From Chrysomallon squamiferum (lineage: Eukaryota; Animalia; Mollusca), in assembly GCA_012295275.1 (NCBI GenBank), contig CM022671.1, forward strand, positions 1,116,001 through 1,180,000: a stretch of 64,000 nt of DNA. The letters run 5' to 3'. Position numbers and translations under genes: made by a program. Each line of letters opens with the position of its first letter. The first letter of the stretch is position 1. The notes under the pieces are model-generated. The model made no database searches. It worked only from the letters and a program-made list of their open reading frames with translations, and was not told the origin of the DNA. Of this stretch, positions 54,043 through 64,000 are shown in pieces.

Positions 54043-54729
54043 TCGACCCGAAAATGAAAGTAAATGTTTTTGAGGCAGCTACTTTCAAGTTCACTAAACA
54101 GACCATATTTAAAAAACAAAACAAAATAAATAAATAAAAAACTCTAAAGACAGTACATTTTAACTCCATATATTTTTGGAATCAGTAATTAAATGTAATA
54201 CATAAAAAGACATTTAGATGGTATTTACGATATCTATTATCATTTATTAATTTACTTTTAAAATTAAAATTAAACAACATCTGTTTCCGTGTTACGTTTT
54301 GTTGTTATTATATTCATCATCATCATCATCATCATTATCATCATCACCATTATTATTAGCATTATTGTGTTAAATGTACGTTAATTATGTTGCATGCAAT
54401 GAATTCTGATATTTTGATTCTAGTTAGGCAAACAGCGTGTCATGCTCTTAAACAAAACACAGATTAAAACCTTACCCCTAAATATCTGTTTGATTAAGGC
54501 TATCGGTGTAGAATATTTTATAACGCGACATTATACATACATTAAAATCCAATTCAAGATCGGACAACTCCGAACGCTTTGCCAAATAATGACAGGAGAA
54601 AAATTGCCAGAAATGTTTTAAACAATACCTCAACATACCGCGCGGACGACCAACTTTGAAGAGAGCGATCCGATTGTTTCCACTTTCCTTTTTTTTTATC
54701 CAGTACCAAAGCTAATTTTAATAGTCTTT

Positions 54730-54850
54730 CTTATCCAAAAGACAGCACATTTATTTAGTTGTGAAACTATGGCTGGAACAGGAAATAATCTATTAATCCG
54801 GGTCAATTCTATACGATACATCGCATTTTTTCAAGTGCGCTCTATACCAT
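54730..54850 (-). mobile_element. Second, more decayed SINE relic, probably the same family
   Basis: Shares AGTTGTGAAAC and a terminal GCTCTA block, in the same order, with 35605-35754. Confidence 0.35.
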
Positions 54851-54997
54851 TCCCTTGGATAACGTTGTAAGGCCCGTACTGCGTACGTTTGTATGTTTAG
54901 CTGTATGTGTTTGGAAAAGAGATAAACGCATATATAAAAATGTGTAAGTGTAGCCTATAATAATCTTTCTATATATAATAATAACACTATCTTTAGC

Positions 54998-55000
<3 letters not shown>

Positions 55001-55043
<43 letters not shown>

Positions 55044-55135
55044 GTAGTAGTAGTAGTAGTAGTTGTAGTAGTAATAATAATAATAACAAAAATCACAAAA
55101 AACAGAAGAAACAGAAGAAGAAGAAGAAGAAGAAA
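55001..55135. repeat. Compound (AAT)n(AGT)n...(AAG)n microsatellite
   Basis: Read directly. Confidence 0.9.
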
Positions 55136-55409
55136 AACGAATAAGAAGTAGATATTATATTATAATGTCAAAGCTAGCAAAAATATTTCATTTTTTTTTT
55201 TTTTTTTTTTTTTTCACACGACAAAAACATGCTAATGTGAAAAGTAGACTAAATAACCATTGAAATTTGTTAGTTTTAAATATTCACAATTAATGTTTTT
55301 TATTAATGCAAATAAATATTTATAATTTTAGCTTTGGACAGATGACAGTAGAGACTAATTAACCATTTTAAGTCTTGCGGAGAACATAATTTTAACAGTA
55401 TTTCAATGA

Positions 55410-55412
<3 letters not shown>

Positions 55413-55458
<46 letters not shown>
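55413..55458. repeat. (TG)n microsatellite
   Basis: Read directly. Confidence 0.95.
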
Positions 55459-55459
<1 letters not shown>

Positions 55460-55634
55460 CCATTAATCAGAAAATGTTTTAAAAAATAAAAATAATAAAA
55501 TCAGATCTTATTGTAATATTAAATTAAGCATAACTGTATTAGTAAAAGCAATCGAACTAATATTGTCATTTTCTCAATCATTCTCGCAACAAAGTCGCAC
55601 AAAGACTTATTTGTATGAGTGGAGATGTCCATGT

Positions 55635-55673
<39 letters not shown>

Positions 55674-55792
55674 GATAATAATAAACCAAGTTTATCATTT
55701 TATTAACGTTTATATATCTAAGGCCCCCAGAAGATCTGATTTGAAAGAATAGAGATTTATATTTTATATTATTGAAATAATAATTTTGTATG

Positions 55793-55828
<36 letters not shown>

Positions 55829-56160
55829 ATAATAATAAAATAATAACAATACATTTTTTTAAAAATCGTCAAATTCGGTATGAGGCATTTGCCTGAATTT
55901 ACTTACGGCCATGATGTATGTATGTATGTATGTATGTATGTATCTATGTGGTCATTTAAAATAAACATATGCTACTTATTAAAGTGCTGTAAATATAAAT
56001 AATTATCATAGTATACTACATCGAAATTAAACGTTTTTAATGGATAGCCGCAGCTTATTTAAATTACGAATTCTTTTATTTCCGGGATACATTTTCTGTT
56101 GCATTCTCTCAGTCTTGAATACGTAAATAAAAACATATGTATGAAACAATTACATGGGTT

Positions 56161-56323
56161 CTACATGAATGGATGAAGACGAATTTTCAGGGTTTCAATG
56201 CCATCTTTATTTCCCTTGTTTTAGGCATAAAACCCCTTTCCTTGTTCATGTCGGTGACAACGAATTTTCAGGGTTTCAAAGACATCTTTTTTCCCCTTGT
56301 TTTAGGCATAAAACCACTTTCCA
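56161..56323 (+). repeat. Tandem duplication, 81-bp unit x2
   Basis: ACGAATTTTCAGGGTTTCAA...CCCTTGTTTTAGGCATAAAACC starts at 56179 and again at 56260. Confidence 0.92.
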
Positions 56324-56843
56324 TGGCAAATTGATATTAAGATGACAGCCAAAATGTAAAATAACTTACTGGTTATCAATTATTTTGTAAATGTACAATT
56401 AAAAATAAATAAATAAATAAATTCCCTTGGAATATCTATCTATAAATAATCGTTGTCATACTATAGAAAGGTAATCGGGTTCTAAGTAACTGTTGTTTTA
56501 TTTGATGAATTCGCCATATGTATTCAAAGTCATGTTTTAATTAAATCTATAAAATTTAGCATAATATAACTGAACATTAAAACTTTGTTTTTCTAAAAAT
56601 AAACCTACCTATTCAAATGACATTCCTGTTCTATATACTAGTCGACTGTACCGTGGTTAGTTCTTCTCAGGTTAGACAAAATATTTGGGAGGAGTTACAG
56701 TAATAACAAAAGTGTGATGAAACTGTCCGTGAGTCATTACGTGTTGTTTGTGAAATGAACTTACTTATATTTTTTTCCCCTTTATTTTGACAAAACATCC
56801 ACACTATCCTTTTCAAACAAATAGTTTTATATGTCCAGAATAC

Positions 56844-56879
<36 letters not shown>

Positions 56880-57608
56880 AACTTTTAATAAAGTTAATAT
56901 CGGGCTAGAACTACTGATCAATTAGTTCTTAAACGTTTTAAAGATGAACTAATTGTTGATTTAAGCAGCTACATAATTTGATAATCCTAACTTGTACTTT
57001 TCTTTCATCACAAAGGAATCACATTTTTTGGAGACGAAACTATAATATTCATGAACACAATTTATAGCAAATAACTTGACAATTGTTCTTCATAAATGCC
57101 CGGAACAATGAACATACTTTAAATCTCTGTCTGTTACTACTGTAAGTTATTCTGTAATTGGGAATAATTTATTAATATTAAACATTTGAATGGTTTAACC
57201 AAGTTGTAATTTAGGACTTGCATTTACTATAATATTAAGCATGCATATAAAATAAAACTTTAATAGAAGAAATTATTTAAGTTTGGCTAATGAAATCTTT
57301 TATGGCTATAGTTATATCTGACCCAAGGTGAGCTCTACTGATTTAATACTTTTCTGTCAAAATAATGCTGGTGATTTGAATATTTTTGTACATTAAAATA
57401 AATGCCTTGCTTAAAAATATATATTTTTGAACCTTAGATTTAGAAAATATAATTTATTTAAATTGATACATGAGCATTTTATTCAAACATAAAATGTGTA
57501 TCAGTGGCCCAAATCTTTTTTATATGACTAGTAAATTTGCTATACAAAGAATACACAAAATTGTAGTAACAAATACCCACCTGAAAATGATTAAAATTAC
57601 ACTTTATA

Positions 57609-58219
57609 CAGGGTGGTCCAAACGTAGGTTTACAGTTATTAAACTATTGTTTATATGCTTGAAGTTACTTGCTAAGTACAATTAATATAAAATATTCCTC
57701 GGATCTAACTTGGATTTAGACCTTTTCCTTGCTGCTTGCAATTTATTTCATTTTTGTAAAGCTAACTTTTCATTTTATAATTTGTTTTATTTCAGGGGTA
57801 ATGGCAAACAATTTAAATGAAGAGCAAAGAAAGTGGATATTAAAGCAGTACTGGAAGTGTGAAAATGCTGAGAAGGTACGTACAGCATGGCAAGAAGCTT
57901 TCCACACTTCTCCACCTTCACGCCAGACAATTTATCGCATAAGGAATAAATTTGATAAAACTGGTTCAGTGAGTAATGCACCTAAATCTGGACGTCCTAA
58001 GACTTCTGTGACTGAAGAAAAGGAGATGTTGGTGGCTATGACATTTGTGAACAGTCCAAAGAAATCCACACGACATGCTTCTGCAGAACTATCCATACCA
58101 AGAACATCACTGCAGCGCTTAATGCATAAACTGAAATCAAAACCTTACCAACCATGACTAGTACTTCAAGCATATAAATGATAGTTTAATAACTGTAAAC
58201 CTACTTTTGGGCCACCCTG
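57609..58219 (+). mobile_element. Internally deleted Tc1/mariner-superfamily (Tc3/rosa-like) DNA transposon, 611 bp
   Basis: ~55-bp terminal inverted repeats CAGGGTGGTCCAAACGTAGGTTTACAGTTATTAAACTA... / ...TAGTTTAATAACTGTAAACCTACTTTTGGGCCACCCTG. TA on both sides (57607-57608, 58220-58221). Confidence 0.95.
57801..58157 (+). pseudogene. Truncated transposase: N-terminal bipartite HTH DNA-binding region only
   Basis: MANNLNEEQRKWILKQYW...PSRQTIYRIRNKFDKTGSV...SGRPKT...SPKKSTRHASAELSIPRTSLQRLMHKLKSKPY. GRP linker present; no DDD/E catalytic domain. Acceptor-like tttcag just upstream of the ATG. Confidence 0.88.
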
Positions 58220-59435
58220 TATTTATTCATGATTATTGTTTAGAAAACTGGCTGTGTCCTAAAACACTTATTTCAGATTTTAAAAAATTCATTTCAGTGT
58301 GTGGCAAAACTTTTCTTTAAACAAAAAAGACATAGTGTTCTTTCGGTCTATGATATCAAACATTAACAAAGTAATACCGATTTAATATTTTTGATTTGTT
58401 TCATTAAAGTAACTAAAAAGATAGGTACATTAAAAAAAATAGTACAATATAAAAAATAAAAAAGCAAAAACAAAACCACCCTAATAGATTCAGCATAAAT
58501 CTATTGAAATAATGAAACCATGTACAAATAAAAATATTTCTCTTTTGATTTAATGAATAGGCATTAATATTTTATGTTTTGCTCAGGTGTATTAATGTTT
58601 TATTTAAAATTAGTATTAACAGCAAGTGGACTTAAAAGAACTGCTGTCTAATGAAAGCAAAAATAATGCAACATTTATCTCTCTCATTACTTCTCTTAAC
58701 ATAATTTTTATTTATTTATTTATTTATTTATATATTATTACTGAGTTATTTGACAAAAATGTTAGAAACAGCCAAATTCAAACAACCAGACAAAAATGAG
58801 CAACACAACTTTGATTATTACCAATCAATAACAAACTGACTGGTTATTCTTATAACTGTTAGTAATAATTAAAGAAACACAGAAAACTGGCAGTTTTTTG
58901 CAACTTTATTAGTATTATTTGATTACTATAAATAAATGCAGTATATATTTTGGAATAATTTATGGAAATCCTTGTGACAGGATTTTTCAAGTACAACATT
59001 CAACATTTTTCTTCATCCACACACACAATTTATGATCTTCCAGAATTTATGACAAAAAAACAACACAACAATACAAAAAAAGAAAGCTAATGATTACAAA
59101 ATCATAAAATTAATTTCTTACGAGTTTTGTGCATTTTAAGTGTAATATATTTGCATAATAATCAAATAAATATATATTTACTTATAAGTGATTATTTAAT
59201 GATTTTTATGTTCATAAAAAACAATCTTTGCTAATAACAAAGTATGGCAGTAATAAAACCAGGCTGAAGAGACTGTTTATTCTTCGTTGTTTTTTTTTTG
59301 TTGTATTCTTTAAATAATTGTTTTAAAAATGTGTTTAATTATCCTAAAAAACACTGGTAGAAATAATTATAACTTGAAAGAATAAAATAAATGTAGATTT
59401 TCACTGAAAATAATTAGTGCCATATATAAATAGTA

Positions 59436-59625
59436 TTAAGACATCAACTCTTGTCTGAGTTTTTTGTCAAACAGGATTGTATCAGTTATTTTGGTATCCT
59501 CAGCTAATATTGAAACACCTATCGATCCTGTTACATCATCACAGTTATCACTGTCACCATCATCTTCATCATCATCATCAAGTTGGCACAAAAGATTGTC
59601 ATTCTCGTACGTTGGAAAATAATAT
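59436..59625 (-). CDS. ZNF277: ZNF277 last coding exon (YYFPTYENDNLLCQLDDDDEDDGD...QELMS*)
   Basis: ttcttttccacag acceptor, phase compatible with the previous exon. Hallmark YYFPTYEND-LLC motif, acidic tail, TAA stop. Upstream ZNF277 exons were not found and probably lie beyond 64000. Confidence 0.93.
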
Positions 59626-59883
59626 CTGTGGAAAAGAAACACAAACTGGAAAAAATATTAATTAACCAGAGTTATTAAACAAGTAATAGAACTGACACAT
59701 TTAAATTAATAAAAACCAGATAATAATAATAATAATGGTAATAACAACAACAATGAAAGAAATCTAAAAAAAATATATATTTGATTAATGTAAGTAAAAC
59801 ACACACACACACACACACACATTTGTTAATATTAGGATTACATTATGTCAGTCAGACATTTGTTAAACATTTACACGACTTAC

Positions 59884-60008
59884 TGAGGCTGGTCCCAGAC
59901 TGACATGGCAGGTATTTTGTTGATGTGATCAGATTCCTGGAGATGATTCTGAAGAGATTTTCTGTCTTCCATGGTTTGATCACACGCATAGCACACACAA
60001 AGATGTGT
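59884..60008 (-). CDS. ZNF277: ZNF277 penultimate exon (THLCVCYACDQTMEDRKSLQNHLQESDHINKIPAMSVWDQP)
   Basis: ttctgttcag acceptor, GTAAGT donor, 125 nt, phase 0 to 2. C2H2-like CxxC...H...H followed by WDQ, as in ZNF277. Confidence 0.92.
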
Positions 60009-60810
60009 CTGAACAGAATAATAAAATATATACCTAATAATTTATGGTGTGTGAATAAAACAATAATGGGTTACTAGTTATCTGCATTGTGATTATCTTA
60101 ATCTAGACTTCATTTACACAGAAATATTTCTTAATAAGCATAATATTAAAGAGTATGTTTAAATGAATTGACACAATATCCAATACTCTTTATAATAATT
60201 TTATAGCTGTGTAAAAACGGATACAAAATTTAAAAAAAAAGAAAATAATAATTTTTTTTTGTGTAAAAGAAAACCATTTTTTTTTTTTTAGCTTTCTCCA
60301 GAATTAGATAAAAGATGATTATCTGTTTCTTTGCTTATAAAAAATAAAGTTATCCATTACCAGTCAGATCAAATATATTTTAATAAAAATTTAACAATAA
60401 TGATCATGACAATGACATTTTAACTGCATAAGTATATGATTTTAAACTGAAATGATCAGTTGATTAACAATTAAAAAATACTACAAGCACTTGATATCTA
60501 AAAACATTGTAATCATAAAAACAGTGAATTAATTAATGAGATTTTCTTATGTATTTTAACATCTGAAAAAGTGAAATTCAGGTTTTTGTGTAATGATATG
60601 AAAGAGAAATCTGTTGCCAGCATTATACTGGAATAGTACAAAGGAAAATAATTTTTCAGTCAGATGTCTGATTGCCTTGACTAAAATGGTCACTATGATT
60701 AACAGTATGGTACAAGGTGGTTGTTTTTCTATAAGTAAAGGTACATAATTATGAAAAGATAACTCTCTAACTTGTTTGATCATTTCAGCTTAAGATTATT
60801 TTTTATATTG

Positions 60811-60847
<37 letters not shown>

Positions 60848-61733
60848 TGTTGCAATGAACAAAATTGTGTAAAAATAACTTTTGATAATAAACAAAATGT
60901 GATAATAACAAAGATAAAAAGAAAAGCTCTGTTTGAAAAAAGAACAAGGAAACTATGCCCAACTCTTATCAACATTTTCTACAGGAAGAGAAAGTTTCTC
61001 TATAAATATATATCAAGTCTAGATTGTTTACTGAACTCCCCTTGTTTTCTGTCAGTATCCTAGTAAATACATCACTGAACTTTATCCAGTAATGGTATTC
61101 TTTATATTTTTAGCAAAGTCATTGTGAAAGTCTTTTCAAAACAATACTTATCAATACTCTTGGTAAAGAATGCTTCCTGATGCATCAATGCTTACAAGAT
61201 CAATTCTGTTTTAAAATCTACTTGAATATTTCTAGTTACAACATAGTCTTGGTGTGTTAATTGTTTTCTTTGGGAAGTTGTATAGAAAAAATCTTTGCTT
61301 ACTAATCAATAAAAGTAGTCCATGAAATGATAGAGATTTTTCTTTTTCAAATAAGATTGTTATAGAACATTTTCAATGCCTTAAAAATCACAGCATTTTA
61401 ATATGTTAATTCATTATTAGGGTTAATCATAATTATGTTAATTTTTTGAAATTTTTCTGAAAACAGAAAAACAACAAAAATAAAAAGAAATTATATTTAA
61501 AAAAAATAATAATGATAAAATCCTACTCTAATAAACCCATTTTTCTTGGAAAAAAGGTTTGAAAATTAATATAATTGAAAAAAAAAAAACAAAAACAGTT
61601 GCAAAGAAGAAGAAATTAAAATATTTTACCTATAATCTGGTTTAATTAAGAATAAAATATTTTCCTCATATTTGATAAACACACCCATGATTTAACTCAC
61701 ATATAGGATTTAAATAACAATAACCTATTTTAC

Positions 61734-61826
61734 CTTTCTTCTTATGAAATTAATCAGTTTGATTTTTTGGTAAAAGGTCAAATTCATTTTAATTTTCAGT
61801 TCATGAAGGTTGAAATCATGTAGTTC
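61734..61826 (-). CDS. ZNF277: ZNF277 internal exon (ELHDFNLHELKIKMNLTFYQKIKLINFIRRK)
   Basis: Poly-T tract plus TAG acceptor, AAG|GTAAAA donor, 93 nt, phase 0 to 0. Matches the ZNF277 LNFYQQVKLVNFIRR motif. Confidence 0.92.
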
Positions 61827-62771
61827 CTATTAAAAAAAAAAGAAAAAAAAAGAAAGAAGAAGATATTAATGGATTAATTAAAAAACACATCAAAGGTTTC
61901 TTTTTTCATTTCATTGCTGAACAAGTTAAAATATAAGTCAACTATTTAACTCAAAGAGACTAACTACTAAAGGTATTCAAAAAATTCTGTTTAGTTATCT
62001 ATATTGTTTTGTGTGATCATAATTGAAATACAGTTTAATGTAGACATAGTGACATATAATTTAATTACATTTTACTGCTAAATATACTTAAAATGAAATA
62101 ATAATCATATTAACATTTTGAACTAATTTCTATTATTTAAAATAAAAAAAAAATAAAAAAATACTACTACTAATAATAAAGGAAAGAAGAAGAAGAAGAA
62201 GAGAAAAGTTAAATAACAAAATAAACAAATGATTAAATGTGTATTACAGAAAACATGATGATGATGACAGAAGTATAGTAAATACAGTTAGTCTGTTTGA
62301 TCATACTATAACAAGGACATTTTAACAAGAATCAAAACAATAATTTGGAAACTAAACAAATTTTAGATAGCAACAGAGATGTCCTTTTTATGCACGAACT
62401 GAGCTGGAAGAACAAGTTCAAGACCATTTATCTGTCAAGCTTGGAATTGGAGGTGATCGAGATTTCTGAATTTTTGGTTCATCTATCAGATCTTATCATA
62501 TACTTAAGTATAAAATAAACACAAAAAAAGTAAAGCATGAACTTGTATTTAACAAATGGAAATGAATTAACTTCTACTGCCTATTTTCTGTAAGCTGGAT
62601 AATTGATCTAGTACCTGTGTAGAAAATGTTTAATATTTTAAGAAAATAATTAATCTGTTTCTTTATACTATCACAGATTAACAATAAAAACAAACAAAAA
62701 AAATACAAAATATTCACCTGATATTGTGTATGTTAAATAAATGAATGCTATTTACAGTTATAAATACTTGC

Positions 62772-62871
62772 TTGCATGTGAGAGTGAAGTCTGTCTGAGT
62801 GACTGGAGGAGAATTCACAAAACAAACACACAGCTTGAGATCCTGCTTCTTCTGTCCAGTCTGACCAATCA
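62772..62871 (-). CDS. ZNF277: Zinc finger protein 277 orthologue, internal exon (DWSDWTEEAGSQAVCLFCEFSSSHSDRLHSHMQ)
   Basis: Acceptor taatttcag at 62872-62880; 100 nt, phase 2 to 0. Translation matches the remembered ZNF277 motif DWSDW...AVCLFCE...HM. The donor is GC-type (CAA|GCAAGT). Confidence 0.9.
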
Positions 62872-63338
62872 CTGAAATTAACAATTTCTTAGCTTATTTT
62901 GGTAATCATTATATATATATATATATAAAAAAACCTACCAAAAAACATTATGGAAAGAAAAAAAAGAAAATTCAATTAAACCTAGGTATACAAATTTTTA
63001 TGATGTTAATTCTACCTAAATCAAACTGTCCCTGAAAAAAAAAAAAAAAACATATTGTCTTTTTGTATGAAAAGCAAATTTAATTAAAAAGTAGTCTGGA
63101 AATGTCAGCCAGGATATCATTGACTGTGTTCAGTTTGATTGGTTCAAATTAAAATAAAATAAAACAAAGGCGAACAAATAAATAAGAACTTAATAAATTA
63201 AATAAATTAAATTATTAAATTAAATGATGAGGCATGAAACATTCTAATGACAAAAACTGTAGTTTCATGTGAAGCAACAATGCTGTTCACTGCAGAGTTT
63301 TAATTAATGGAAGATGTTTTGTTGAGAAAGAAACGGTG

Positions 63339-63340
<2 letters not shown>

Positions 63341-63392
<52 letters not shown>
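63341..63392. repeat. (AAT)n microsatellite
   Basis: Read directly. Confidence 0.95.
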
Positions 63393-63393
<1 letters not shown>

Positions 63394-64000
63394 TGTCCTA
63401 AAAACAAGCAAATAAATGAATATTGGTTTATGAATAATAGTTATATATATATAATAAAAGAATAATAATAATAATAATAAAAAAAAAAAAAAAAAAAAAA
63501 GAAAAAAAAAACACAAAAAACCCTAACAAAACAACAACAGAAACTACCACAAAGATAAAATAAAAATGGTAATTAAAATATTGACCCAGTATAAATAATA
63601 TATGTTTTCCAGTGCTTCAACAAACATGTTACAGACCTAGTGTAAAACAAAATCTTTAAATATATTAGTAAGTTTACATTTAAAAATTTAACATTTTTCT
63701 TATACCATATTATATTAATTTAACCTAATTTTGGGGTTTCCTAAATAAAAAGGACTCAGGTAACTAATAAATAAATATGCATCAAGGTAAAACACAACAC
63801 AATAAATAAAAACGAAAAAACGACAGACAAAAGTTCAACTGTTTTTTTTCTGAAAGCTTTTCACGTGACATGAAAAATGAAGACATTCAAGAACATCGAT
63901 CTTTGAAAGTCACAATGAAGTGATACCAACAGAGTTAAACAAAAACACCTCAACTGACACATTTACAGAAAAAGCTGAATGGAATGGCTAATGCAAATCA

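Noticed and set aside
55901-55915. ATGGCC|GTAAGT minus-strand start-plus-donor
   Set aside because: Directly abuts an (ATAC)n microsatellite, and its phase does not fit the SAMD3-like main exon.
61176-61212. Possible ZNF277 exon (NIQVDFKTELI)
   Set aside because: The exons at 61734-61826 and 59884-60008 already join in frame with no gap in the homology.

Overview
AT-rich, microsatellite-laden animal genomic DNA. Mosaic CpG depletion and the repeat types suggest an invertebrate, possibly a mollusc (inference). Three spliced genes lie in tandem on the minus strand. (1) The last four exons of a ZNF277 orthologue (59436-62871), with a GC-AG intron forced by the reading frame. (2) A compact gene whose ~300-aa main exon (47710-48628) resembles the SAMD3-like C-terminal domain also seen in DNA-transposon accessory ORFs, with a CpG-rich promoter near 50.5 kb and candidate tiny 5' exons. 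(3) An unidentified gene with a coiled-coil first exon (36487-36704) followed by at least 36 kb of apparently intronic sequence. That intron is organised as about 30 GC-richer non-coding islands rich in TGACAG motifs, and holds several candidate alternative first exons and a pre-miRNA-like hairpin. Mobile DNA includes an internally deleted Tc1/mariner element (57609-58219), several MITE-like inverted-repeat elements, tRNA-type SINE relics and a degenerate hammerhead-like motif. Most ORF-track entries are low-complexity or shadow ORFs. All calls were made by eye, without database searches.
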